A stretch of 40,930 nucleotides of DNA from Acutalibacteraceae bacterium (GTDB lineage: Bacteria; Bacillota; Clostridia; Oscillospirales; Acutalibacteraceae), in the NCBI GenBank assembly GCA_045649705.1, contig JAZRQI010000283.1, forward strand, positions 1 through 40,930, given 5' to 3'. Shown here in pieces: positions 10,082-19,769 of the stretch. How positions within the stretch are numbered: position 1 is the first letter of the stretch; each line of letters begins with the position of its first letter. The position numbers were made by a program, and so were the translations under genes. Under the pieces are notes generated by a model. The model was not told the DNA's origin. It saw only the letters and a list, made by a program, of their open reading frames with translations, and did not search any database.

Positions 10082-11767
10082 TCAGTACAATTCTCCGTCA
10101 AGAGATTGTTCACACAAAACATCTGATTCATCAGCAATATATTCCCCTAAATCAAGACGAATAAAGTCATGAGTACCTACTCTTTGAAAAATCGGAGGTT
10201 CTTCAAGATAGTTTTCACCGTATATATGTTTCAAAAACTCATCATAGTTTACAGGAACAGGTACTTTTACACCTTCAAAGTCCATTTCAGTCAATTCTTC
10301 AACACAACTTCTTTTGAATGCGCCCCTGTCGATATTAAGACCTGTACCGTCAATCAAATAATCAGATTTCTTTTTTCTGAAAATTGTAAAAGTCTTATTT
10401 GAAAAACGATAAATAACTTTAACAGGAATTAACTTGACAAACGGTTTTACAATTAACGATAGTTTATATCCTTTGAAAGAGTCTTCAATCTTGAATGCTT
10501 TTTTTATATAGAGAAAACGATGGGCTATTTTGATGAGATTTATATGAATTTTCTGCATTTTTAATTTTGGTGAAGTTGTATCGTAAACAAAGACATCGAC
10601 AAACACGCCATCCTGAATTTTATTATCAGATAATACCCCTGTTGAAAAATATGTATTTTTAAGTCTGACTTTATCAAATGGATTACGATAATTTTCTTCA
10701 GTTGTGCGAGAAGAATAGGCAAATCTTGTTTTATCTATTAATTCAGGACAAATTTTTCTGAATTTTTCAAAATCACTTCTTAACATTCCTATGTCAAGGT
10801 CATCATCCCAAGGAATACTGTGGCCATATCTCACAGCACCAAGAAGGCTACCGCCTGTAAGGAAGTATTTTATATCATTTTCTTTACAGATTCGATCAAT
10901 TTCTTTCAGAATTTCCAACTCGGTTTTCTTAAGAATATCAAGCTTTGAACAATACTGAGGAAGATTCTTACCATAATCATATTCAAAACCGTAATGTGAG
11001 GAAACAGTAAGATAAAGTGCATTTCTGATATCTGTCGGGACAAAACCTGATGAACTGATTTTCAGAGAACAAAGCGCCTTGACTTTCTGACTACCCTTCC
11101 GCGACAAGGAGCATTCAAGAGAAAATTTTTCACTGAAAAGTTTATAAATCTCCTGTTTGATTTCAAAATCTGATGCTTTAAAAGAAGAAACATTGTAAAT
11201 GTTGCCTTTCTTCAGCTTTTGAACAGCCATAACTATTGCCGTAAGAGTGTCGCGGATGTATGTATAACCGTAAACATTTGCTATATCTTCATCAGAAACA
11301 GAAATTTTTCCGTCAGCAAATCTGAAATTATCTTTGACTTTACAACCGGGACCTATAATCTCATCAAAAACCAAAAGATTCAACGGAACTTTTTGCGACA
11401 ATTCTTTTGCTTTTTCAACAATATTTTTTTCATCGGTCAAAAAAATATATTCACGCTCTGAAACAGTTATACCTCTTGAATCCGGTCTTAATGAATTGTT
11501 GTCACAGATAATACATTTTTTGCAATTATATGTTGAAACAGTATCAGACACTTTCTGAAGAATTTCTTCTTTGTTAACAGAACCGTAAATCACACCGATT
11601 ACACATACATTCTCTGACTTTTTATCCGAACAAGGCTTAAAAACACATTTAAGTGTTTCAAAAAGATAGTCACCATCTTGTCCGATTATTACATAGTCAT
11701 AACAATCAGATTTCAGAAAAGAACGTGCGTATTCTATTTCATTTTGGTAAAAAATATCGCGAGTCAA
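10082..11767 (-). CDS. LicD-family phosphotransferase fused to an N-terminal degenerate epimerase-like domain
   Basis: The C-terminal half has LicD hallmarks YFLTGGSLLGAVRYGHSIPWDDDLDIGM and VDVFVYD. The N-terminal about 270 aa are discussed in findings. TTG start at 11767 with GGGTGA RBS; there is no in-frame ATG for about 180 codons. Confidence 0.75.
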   Translation of the reverse strand: MTRDIFYQNEIEYARSFLKSDCYDYVIIGQDGDYLFETLKCVFKPCSDKKSENVCVIGVIYGSVNKEEILQKVSDTVSTYNCKKCIICDNNSLRPDSRGITVSEREYIFLTDEKNIVEKAKELSQKVPLNLLVFDEIIGPGCKVKDNFRFADGKISVSDEDIANVYGYTYIRDTLTAIVMAVQKLKKGNIYNVSSFKASDFEIKQEIYKLFSEKFSLECSLSRKGSQKVKALCSLKISSSGFVPTDIRNALYLTVSSHYGFEYDYGKNLPQYCSKLDILKKTELEILKEIDRICKENDIKYFLTGGSLLGAVRYGHSIPWDDDLDIGMLRSDFEKFRKICPELIDKTRFAYSSRTTEENYRNPFDKVRLKNTYFSTGVLSDNKIQDGVFVDVFVYDTTSPKLKMQKIHINLIKIAHRFLYIKKAFKIEDSFKGYKLSLIVKPFVKLIPVKVIYRFSNKTFTIFRKKKSDYLIDGTGLNIDRGAFKRSCVEELTEMDFEGVKVPVPVNYDEFLKHIYGENYLEEPPIFQRVGTHDFIRLDLGEYIADESDVLCEQSLDGELY

Positions 11768-11817
11768 AAAATCACCCTGAATCTTTATTTAATTTAATTG
11801 CTTAAAAATAAAGTCAA

Positions 11818-11853
11818 CGGCATCGCCGTCAGCAAACACAGACAGCGATGCCG
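11818..11853 (-). terminator. probable terminator after the 115-aa membrane protein gene
   Basis: A 9-bp GC-rich stem CGGCATCGC/GCGATGCCG with a large 18-nt loop is followed on the minus strand by a T-rich tract. Confidence 0.45.
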
Positions 11854-11860
11854 AAATTTA

Positions 11861-12208
11861 TTATTCTTCTTTATTTTCAGGTTTTTCAATGAAAGTATCT
11901 TCTTTTTTCGATGTAAAGAAAGTAAGTCCTTTTTCAACCTGTTCTTCCTTTATATAATCATCTTCTGAACTTTCATAAAGTTCTTTTTCGTTTTTCTTTG
12001 ATTTCACAATACAAATAATCGCTGAAATCAGAGCAACGATACCGATTACAATAGGAATCAATGCAGAACGCTGTCCCGTCACGGGGATAGACACAGTATT
12101 CACAATACCGTCTGTGGCAAAAGCGGAAATTGCAGCACCGAAAACACCTAACAGCATCAGAGCTGCCATTACTATTGCAACAATACGTATAACTTTTTTA
12201 CTAAACAT
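11861..12208 (-). CDS. small two-span membrane protein with signal peptide, IPVTG motif and acidic tail
   Basis: Good ATG and AAGGA RBS. It has an N-terminal signal-like segment ending AFA, a second hydrophobic span followed by KSKKNEK, and a 45-aa Glu/Asp/Lys-rich C-terminus. Confidence 0.6.
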   Translation of the reverse strand: MFSKKVIRIVAIVMAALMLLGVFGAAISAFATDGIVNTVSIPVTGQRSALIPIVIGIVALISAIICIVKSKKNEKELYESSEDDYIKEEQVEKGLTFFTSKKEDTFIEKPENKEE

Positions 12209-12231
12209 AAAAATCCTTACCTGCCGTAAAC

Positions 12232-13953
12232 TTATTTGATATCAAGTAGCTTCTTCATATCTTCAGTTATTTCCTCAGTGATTCTATTTGCATCATCAAA
12301 ACTTTCTGCATGAGCAGTGATATAAATTTTGATTTTCGGCTCTGTACCTGAGGGACGTACAATTGCAGAACATGCATCTGTAAGACCATATGACAATACG
12401 TTTGATTTCGGCAAATCAATATGAGTCATAATGCCACTTGGTTTTTCTGTTGCAACACTTGTTTTGTAGTCAGAAATTTTAACAACATCAAGACCTGCGA
12501 TTGATGAGGGAGGATTCTGACGAAGATTATCCATCATCTTGCTCATTGTTGCCATACCCTCTGCACCTTCAAATGCAAAGTTAAGAAGTGTGTTAAGATA
12601 GATACCGTGTTCAGCATAAATATCATCCATAACATCTGCAAGTGTTTTGCCGAGTTTCTTATAGTGTGCAGCCATTTCTGTAATAAGCATTGCTGCAACA
12701 ACACCGTCTTTATCACGTGCATAAGTTCCTGCAAGATATCCATAGCTTTCTTCAAGACCGAGAACATAACGCTCTGCCTCACCTTTTTCTTCAAGCTGAG
12801 TGATAAGTTCACCGATATATTTGAAACCTGTAAGCAAATCAGCAGTTTCAGCATTATATTTGTCAGCAACAGACCTGATAAGTTCACTTGTAACAATAGT
12901 TTTTACAACCATTGGATTCTTCGGAAGCGTTCCCTCATTTTTCTTAGTTGAAAGAATATACTCAGCAAGCATTGCACCGACTTCGTTGCCTGTCATAAGG
13001 CGGTAGTCATCCCCTGTTTTAACTGCAATACCTACACGGTCGCAGTCAGGGTCAGTTGCAAGCAGAAGGTCTGCACTTTCTTCCTCAGCCATTTTAAGAG
13101 CACATTCAAAAGCCTGACGGATTTCAGGGTTGGGATAAGGACATGTGGGGAAGTTTCCGTCGGGATTTTCCTGTTCGGGAACAATTCTAACGTTTGTAAG
13201 ACCTAATCTTTTAAGGATTCTGCGGACAGGTTTGTTACCGGTACCGTTAAGAGGTGTATAAATGATTTTAAGGTCACTGTCGACACAAGCTTCTTTATCG
13301 ACTCTCTGTTCTTCAACGCAATCAAAGAATTCTTTAATAAGCCAATCCTCAATGTATTCAATCTTTTTGTTTTCAAGTGCATAGTCAAAATCAGCAACTT
13401 TAACGCCGTCAAAAATATCAACTTTCTGAATATATTCGTATGTTTCTTTTGCACCCTCATCTGTCATCTGGAAACCTCTGGGGTCGTAGCACTTGAACCC
13501 GTTATATTTAGCAGGGTTATGGCTTGCTGTAATTACTATACCTGATGAACAGCCAAGACGTCTTACTGCAAAAGAAAGCATAGGTGTGGGAACGAGTTCT
13601 TTGTAAAGATAAACTTTGATTCCGTTAGCTGCAAGAACACAAGCAGCACTCTTTGCAAAAACATCCGACTTGATTCTTGAATCGTGTGCAATTGCAACAG
13701 AAGGATTTTCAAAGTTTTCTTTAAGGTAATCAGCAAGTCCTTGGGTTGCCTGATTTACTGTAAAAATATTCATTCTGTTAGTACCGGCACCGATAACACC
13801 TCTAAGTCCGCCTGTACCGAATTCAAGAGAACGATAAAATCTATCGTTTATCTCATTCTCATTACCTTTGATGCTTTCAAGTTCTGAAATTAAATCTGCA
13901 TCATTTTTTGCTTTTTCACACCACAAATCATACAACTGGTTTACATTGCTCAT
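12232..13953 (-). CDS. pgcA: phospho-sugar mutase (alpha-phosphoglucomutase, PgcA-like)
   Basis: The active-site loop TASHNPAKYNG and the Mg site DPDCDR are present. The N-terminal FGTGGLRGVIGAGTNRMN is collinear with B. subtilis PgcA (about 580 aa). Confidence 0.88.
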   Translation of the reverse strand: MSNVNQLYDLWCEKAKNDADLISELESIKGNENEINDRFYRSLEFGTGGLRGVIGAGTNRMNIFTVNQATQGLADYLKENFENPSVAIAHDSRIKSDVFAKSAACVLAANGIKVYLYKELVPTPMLSFAVRRLGCSSGIVITASHNPAKYNGFKCYDPRGFQMTDEGAKETYEYIQKVDIFDGVKVADFDYALENKKIEYIEDWLIKEFFDCVEEQRVDKEACVDSDLKIIYTPLNGTGNKPVRRILKRLGLTNVRIVPEQENPDGNFPTCPYPNPEIRQAFECALKMAEEESADLLLATDPDCDRVGIAVKTGDDYRLMTGNEVGAMLAEYILSTKKNEGTLPKNPMVVKTIVTSELIRSVADKYNAETADLLTGFKYIGELITQLEEKGEAERYVLGLEESYGYLAGTYARDKDGVVAAMLITEMAAHYKKLGKTLADVMDDIYAEHGIYLNTLLNFAFEGAEGMATMSKMMDNLRQNPPSSIAGLDVVKISDYKTSVATEKPSGIMTHIDLPKSNVLSYGLTDACSAIVRPSGTEPKIKIYITAHAESFDDANRITEEITEDMKKLLDIK

Positions 13954-14050
13954 AATATCTCATTCCTTTCAGAAATTTAAAACTTATTCATCATATATTG
14001 TACCCCTAAACAGTTCTGTTGTCAATAAATTATTTGATACAAAATGCGAC

Positions 14051-14094
14051 AAAAAAAATAAATAAGCAGGAAAATTTTCACTTTCCTGCTTATT
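14051..14094 (-). terminator. rho-independent terminator of the 1562-aa gene
   Basis: The stem AAGCAGGAAA/TTTCCTGCTT (extendable) is followed on the minus strand by T8. Confidence 0.85.
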
Positions 14095-14097
14095 GTT

Positions 14098-17000
14098 TTA
14101 ATAGGGAGTTTGTTTTATTTCGCCTTGAGAAATACCAATATCTTCCATTACAGAAGTATCTGACTCCGTCACAATATAATCGTGGTTTACATCCATTGCT
14201 TTGATTTGTGCATCTGCAAACTGACTTCTCAGGAAATATCCGTAAATATACATTTTTGTAATAAAAGCATCGTTTGCATTTACATCTCCGTCTCCGTCAA
14301 TGTCACCATAAATAACGACAGCCAGGGTTCTGTAGATCTTTCCGCTTCCGTCAAGAAGCACCAGATTGTCACCTGTACCCACTTTGTCGTTATCGCCCTT
14401 CCTGTTACCGTTTTTGTCATACAGGGCTATATTTACATTTTCAAACTGAAGACAAAGGCCTTTTGCTGTATATGTATTGATTGTCAATCCGTAAACCAGC
14501 CTCTGACCGTATTTATCAATAATAATCGAAGCATTATCCCTGAGTCCGAAGTCATCTGCAAAGATGACATTGTTTTCATCAAGAGAGTATGTTGAGTCAA
14601 CAAGTGTGAATTTGCCTGAATATTTGCTTATGTCGTCATTGGTTGCAATAACGGATGAACCGATAATATAGTTCTCCATTTCAACGTTACCAATCAGTTC
14701 GGGAACGACATATTCTTTAACTATCTCATTACCCTCTTCATCATAAATCGGGTCAGGACGTTGCACATTTATAACCTTGTCGTCAGCAAGATAAATACTA
14801 TTTGACTCATCAACACCTGCACCGTCATAAATGTTCAGTGTTCCGTTTGAATAAATACCCACATTTGCGTTGTCAAAAATCGTACCACCGAAATAGTTCA
14901 TATTACCGTCAAGAATGTAAACTGCACCTTTATCTATAATGTTTTCAGTGATTTTACCGCTGTGCATCTCCACAGTACCTTCTGATTTGACTGCACTGTC
15001 AATTCCGTTCGCACCGAAAATAACAGTTCCTGAATAAATTTTCAAAACACCGTTTCCGGAAACTTCAATCATTGAGTCAGCTGTAACATTTGTACCGTTA
15101 ACAAACAGAACATCTGTTGTGTAATCGTCGGTGATATTACCAAATGAAAGGACGGACATAGTCTGTTCAGGGTCAGCGTTCTCCACCACTCTGAACATAG
15201 GTCCTTCAAAACCTTCAGCAACTGAAATTGAATGTTCAATTCCGTCAGATTCAATAGTGATATTACTTTTTATAACCACAGTTTCTTTCAGTACAATATC
15301 ATCAATCAGAGTTATAATCGCAGGTTTATCACCAATATCTGCCATTGCTTCTTCTATTGAAGTGTACGGAACTTCATCTGATTGGAAGAAACTTGCTTTA
15401 AGAACGTATTTTATTTCATTTGTTGTCAGTCTTCCGCCTGAATTAACGTGCCATACAGTCTCATCCTGAGGTGTGATTGCACAAAGGTTTGAGTTCATAG
15501 CAGTGTAACTGCCATCAAGAACACGAACACCTTCTTCATATATTTCAGGTGTTACTGTGACAATTGATGATGAATAAATTGATTTCGCCATCATCATAAT
15601 TTTCTCACCATAAGGCAAGTAAACATCATTTGATGGATCAATAAATGCACCTGAATAGAAGCTGAGTGTTCCATCAGTATAAACAGCATCACCACAGACT
15701 GTGGATGTATTATCATAAACACTACCATCATAAATGTTAAATTTGCCCTTGTCAGCTACGCTGAATGCGCCACCATATGAAGCTGAGTTAAGATAAATTG
15801 CGCCACCGTTGAAATTGACAGTACCACCGCCAACATATACAGCACCACCCTCACCTGAGGTATTGCTATAAATGTCGGTACCTGTGTTAATATTCAGTGT
15901 GCCACCTGCATTGAATATTGCACCACCTGCAAGTTTCGCGTTGTTGTTTGTCATTTCAACAGAAAATACATTCATTTCGCCTTTATTGTATGCAACACCG
16001 CCTGCCTGTAAACCCGTACCTGCAGAAATTGAACCGCCATAGAAATTAACAGTACCTTCATTGTAAACGAAACCACCCATACCTGCTGTGTTATTCGTTG
16101 TCACTACATCATAGCAGTTAAATGTACCGCCTTTTTCAACAGTAATAAGGGACGATGCAAATTTTGAATTAGTAATATCCACAACGTTATTACCATCGAT
16201 GTTAAGTACTGCATATTTAGCGTCATCTGCACCGAAATTGAGCACACCACCATCTTTAACAGTAAACACCTGATCGTAATAGTGCTTTACTCTTTTAAGC
16301 TTTATCGAGTCATTTGTAGGAATTATAGTTACATTACCTGTCACAACTATTTCGCTTCCTATTTTCTCCAAATCAGCCATAATTTCAATTATGCCTGTAC
16401 CTGTACCGATTTTTTCAGTAGCCTCTGTAAGAGTTTTATAATATGAAGTCTCACTACTGCTGATAACTTTACATATAAGACCGGCTTTGAGATAAGCTAC
16501 ACTCTCAGCCGAAATATCATAGAGATCAAAATCAGGAGATGAAACAAAAGTTTCCAACTGAGGATAATTCACGAAAAACTCTGTATCTGCTGTAGGAATC
16601 CAATAATCAACAGAGAAACCCACAAGGTTAGACAGTGCATTCAGACCTGTCATTTTTGTTGTAGCAAGACCTGTGGCAAACCTATCCGTTACTGATATTT
16701 TATTCTTATCATAATACGAAGATTTCACTGTACCGTTTGTAAGTTCACCGAGGATTGCATATATTTCCGTTGCACTGTCGCCTAATCCAAGAACATCTCC
16801 AACAGAATATGTAGAATCGATTATACCCTGAGTTCTCAGTCCGCCTGATATACCACCGGCTCTTGCTGCAGAAGAAACAGTGCCTCTGTTATAACAGTTT
16901 GAAACAACAGAACCGTCGCTGATTCTTCCTGCAATACCACCCGCATACATTGTTGTTGCAGTTACTTCACCTGCATTGAAAGAACGGGAAATATCGCTGA

Positions 17001-18786
17001 CATTTTCACCTACAATACCGCCTACAACCTCTTCGCCTGTAACAGTATTGTATGAACAACAGGTTTCAACAATAGAGTCAACAAAAGTTACACCTGCAAT
17101 GCCGCCTATATTTCTGATGCCTGTTACATCTGAATAAATACTCGAGGATTCCACAATTTCTCCGGCATTTTCACCTGCAATACCACCGACGTTTGTTTCA
17201 CCGATTATTTCTGAATAAATAATTTTTACACCATAAATCTTTCCGTCATTTTTACCTGCTACTGAGCCTACAAAATCAGAACCGGAAACAAGAGACTCGG
17301 TAATTGTCACATCAGATATAATTGATGTGACACTTGTAGCACCAAACAAACCAACAGAATCACCTGAAGGCACATACAAACCTCTAATACTGAAACCGTT
17401 ACCTGAGAATTCACCGCCGAACTCACTGCCTTCAACAGACCCGATGGGTGTCCATATATTTGATTCTTCACCCAGGTTACCAACATTAAGAACAATACTG
17501 TTCATAAGCATTGCACTTGCAGTATTATCCTGTTCCACACCGTCAAGTGTGCCGTTTACAAGACCTGCAAACCATGCAAGTTCACGTGCATTGGTAATAA
17601 GATAATATTTATTGTCAGAGGATAACTTAGGCGCTGAGACAGTACCGTCCCAGAGGTTCTGGTCAGCCTGCCAGGACATAATGGGATACCCGTTATTTCT
17701 AAGAAGATAATCGTAATAGTAGTTACCTGCCGCACTGTTGAGTGAAGACACAAAACCATGTCTTTTCATATCATCTGTTGTCATAGGAATACCGTTATCT
17801 TCTTTACCTGTGAAGAGAGTTGAATCATAATAACAATCTGTGATTTTTGCAGTGTAATAGAAAGCTGCAATAGCACCTGTAAGTCCTTCAGGTGTCGAAA
17901 TCGACTCAACAGCCGATGCGTTATAACAAGATGATATATCGCCAACATTGTTACCGACAATACCTGCTACACGCAAATCGCCTGTGATTTTACCTCTGTT
18001 ATAGCAGCTGATAACAACACTGCCTGAGTTAGTACCCGCAATACCGCCTACATATTTACCTGTTGATGCAACACTTGCCATATTGAACGACTGTGAAATG
18101 GTAGAATCAGCAAAAATACAACCTGTGATACCTCCGATACGGTGACCCGTAGCTTTAATTTCACCCTCAAAACCGCAAAAAGAAATATTACCTTTATTTG
18201 CAAGATAACCTGAAATACCACCCACATTGTCAGCTCCTGAAACATAGGAACTTGTAACATAAACCTGAGTAACCGAACTTCTGTTATTTGCATAACCTGC
18301 AATTGTACCAACATTACTTCCGCCGCTTACATTAGCATTTGAAATATTAACATTTCTAACCTGACCGTTTTCAATATACCCGAACAACCCCTGATAATCG
18401 GATGTGCTTGAAATTGCGAGTCCGTAAATTGTAAAACCTTTGCCGTCAAAAATACCACTGAACACCCTACCTTCTGCTGAATAGTTACCTATGGGCGTCC
18501 AGTTTTTGAAACTACCGCTTGTTTCGGGGTCACTGAGATATATGTCTTTCATCAGACGAGCTTTCAGAGTTGAATTACCTGCATCAGCATTGACCTGATT
18601 GGCAAACCAGGCAAGGTCTTCCGCACTCTGAATAAGATAGAATCCGTCATTAGACTGAGACGGTATAACAGTTGATGCCTCTCCTGACCATATATCTGCT
18701 GCCACAGCAGTAAGAGACGTTGCGGTAAACGCCATTATCACCGCCATAATACAGACTAAAAATTTATGTAATCTTTTAATTTTCAT
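14098..18786 (-). CDS. giant secreted surface protein: signal peptide, two GLUG-repeat modules, parallel beta-helix-like region, C-terminal dockerin
   Basis: The signal peptide ends ...LTAVAA. The repeated GGIAG/GGISG/GGITG (GLUG) motifs form two collinear modules of about 340 aa. A GGA(V/I)(Y/F)N-type repeat region follows. The C-terminus GDIDGDGDVNANDAFI...MDVNHDYIVTESD is a dockerin. Confidence 0.85.
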   Translation of the reverse strand: MKIKRLHKFLVCIMAVIMAFTATSLTAVAADIWSGEASTVIPSQSNDGFYLIQSAEDLAWFANQVNADAGNSTLKARLMKDIYLSDPETSGSFKNWTPIGNYSAEGRVFSGIFDGKGFTIYGLAISSTSDYQGLFGYIENGQVRNVNISNANVSGGSNVGTIAGYANNRSSVTQVYVTSSYVSGADNVGGISGYLANKGNISFCGFEGEIKATGHRIGGITGCIFADSTISQSFNMASVASTGKYVGGIAGTNSGSVVISCYNRGKITGDLRVAGIVGNNVGDISSCYNASAVESISTPEGLTGAIAAFYYTAKITDCYYDSTLFTGKEDNGIPMTTDDMKRHGFVSSLNSAAGNYYYDYLLRNNGYPIMSWQADQNLWDGTVSAPKLSSDNKYYLITNARELAWFAGLVNGTLDGVEQDNTASAMLMNSIVLNVGNLGEESNIWTPIGSVEGSEFGGEFSGNGFSIRGLYVPSGDSVGLFGATSVTSIISDVTITESLVSGSDFVGSVAGKNDGKIYGVKIIYSEIIGETNVGGIAGENAGEIVESSSIYSDVTGIRNIGGIAGVTFVDSIVETCCSYNTVTGEEVVGGIVGENVSDISRSFNAGEVTATTMYAGGIAGRISDGSVVSNCYNRGTVSSAARAGGISGGLRTQGIIDSTYSVGDVLGLGDSATEIYAILGELTNGTVKSSYYDKNKISVTDRFATGLATTKMTGLNALSNLVGFSVDYWIPTADTEFFVNYPQLETFVSSPDFDLYDISAESVAYLKAGLICKVISSSETSYYKTLTEATEKIGTGTGIIEIMADLEKIGSEIVVTGNVTIIPTNDSIKLKRVKHYYDQVFTVKDGGVLNFGADDAKYAVLNIDGNNVVDITNSKFASSLITVEKGGTFNCYDVVTTNNTAGMGGFVYNEGTVNFYGGSISAGTGLQAGGVAYNKGEMNVFSVEMTNNNAKLAGGAIFNAGGTLNINTGTDIYSNTSGEGGAVYVGGGTVNFNGGAIYLNSASYGGAFSVADKGKFNIYDGSVYDNTSTVCGDAVYTDGTLSFYSGAFIDPSNDVYLPYGEKIMMMAKSIYSSSIVTVTPEIYEEGVRVLDGSYTAMNSNLCAITPQDETVWHVNSGGRLTTNEIKYVLKASFFQSDEVPYTSIEEAMADIGDKPAIITLIDDIVLKETVVIKSNITIESDGIEHSISVAEGFEGPMFRVVENADPEQTMSVLSFGNITDDYTTDVLFVNGTNVTADSMIEVSGNGVLKIYSGTVIFGANGIDSAVKSEGTVEMHSGKITENIIDKGAVYILDGNMNYFGGTIFDNANVGIYSNGTLNIYDGAGVDESNSIYLADDKVINVQRPDPIYDEEGNEIVKEYVVPELIGNVEMENYIIGSSVIATNDDISKYSGKFTLVDSTYSLDENNVIFADDFGLRDNASIIIDKYGQRLVYGLTINTYTAKGLCLQFENVNIALYDKNGNRKGDNDKVGTGDNLVLLDGSGKIYRTLAVVIYGDIDGDGDVNANDAFITKMYIYGYFLRSQFADAQIKAMDVNHDYIVTESDTSVMEDIGISQGEIKQTPY

Positions 18787-18833
18787 ATCAAATCCTCCAG
18801 GATTTTTAAAATAGGCAAAAACATACCCATATA

Positions 18834-18862
18834 ATAATACACTAAAATCCTAACAATTTCAA
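18834..18862 (-). promoter_or_regulatory. candidate sigma-A promoter of the 1562-aa gene (TTGAAA-17-TATTAT)
   Basis: The minus strand reads TTGAAAttgttaggattttagtgTATTAT, about 50 nt upstream of the ATG. Confidence 0.5.
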
Positions 18863-18903
18863 TGTTTTTTCATTAAAAATCATCAAATTTTCTTAATGAG
18901 CAT

Positions 18904-18936
18904 AAAAAATCCTGCTTACGAAAAGCAGGATTTTAA
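18904..18936 (-). terminator. rho-independent terminator after the esterase gene
   Basis: A 12-bp stem AAAATCCTGCTT/AAGCAGGATTTT has A/T runs on both sides. Confidence 0.8.
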
Positions 18937-18940
18937 AAAA

Positions 18941-19765
18941 TTACATATCAAAAGTTAATTTTAACCATTTTGCAGAAAGCTCAACCCATCTTCCTGCATA
19001 TTCATTAAGCACTGTGCACACTTCTTTTGTGCCTGTTGACATTCCGTGACCTCCAAAGGGAAAAATATGGAGTTCATAGGGAATCTTCTTTTCAGAAAGT
19101 GCACTTGCAAACAGCAGAGAATTCTTCACAGGAACTGCACCGTCTTCTGCAGTGTGCATAATAAATGTGGGAGGTGTATCTGATGAAACATTGTTTTCGA
19201 GAGAATATTTCTTAATAAAGTTTTCGTCATCTTTATATTTTCCGAGAAGATTATCTCTTGTTCCTCCGTGAGTAAGTTCTCCGAAAGTAAGAACAGGATA
19301 ACAGAGAATTGCTGCATCAGGTTTATTACTTCCCTCAGGGATTTTAAGTTCATCAAAAATTGCTTTGTCGTTCCACATTGTTGCAAGACTGCCTGCAAGA
19401 TGACCGCCTGCAGAGAAACCTATTATTGCGATTTTATCTGAATCAACATTCCATTCCTCAGCATTTTTTCTGATTATTGACATCGCAAGTGATGCATCAA
19501 GCAAAGGCTGACTGAAATCAGGCATTCTTCTCGAAGCATTTTCACCTACTGAATATCGAAGAACAAAGCAACTCATACCTAAAGCAAGATACTGATTTGC
19601 AATAGGTTCCGCCTCACGGTCAGAACACATTCCGTAACCGCCACCGGGGAAAATAAGCATTGCAGGACGTTTATTGACAGGATACTCTCTTGAAGTATCT
19701 CTTATGTATGTATCAAGATACACGTCCTGTCTGTCTTCATAAAGGTAAATTCTTTCACATTTCAT
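18941..19765 (-). CDS. alpha/beta hydrolase (acetyl-esterase / lipase-like)
   Basis: The oxyanion motif FPGGGY, the nucleophile elbow GFSAGGH, and a late Asp/His (HTAEDGAV...GGHG) are present. Confidence 0.8.
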   Translation of the reverse strand: MKCERIYLYEDRQDVYLDTYIRDTSREYPVNKRPAMLIFPGGGYGMCSDREAEPIANQYLALGMSCFVLRYSVGENASRRMPDFSQPLLDASLAMSIIRKNAEEWNVDSDKIAIIGFSAGGHLAGSLATMWNDKAIFDELKIPEGSNKPDAAILCYPVLTFGELTHGGTRDNLLGKYKDDENFIKKYSLENNVSSDTPPTFIMHTAEDGAVPVKNSLLFASALSEKKIPYELHIFPFGGHGMSTGTKEVCTVLNEYAGRWVELSAKWLKLTFDM

Positions 19766-19769
19766 AGAT

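Noticed and set aside
14098-18786. Nucleotide-level tandem repeats or phase-variable tracts in the giant gene
   Set aside because: The GLUG and GGAxY periodicity is at the protein level, with divergent codons. I saw no long identical DNA repeats or homopolymer/SSR tracts that would suggest slipped-strand switching.
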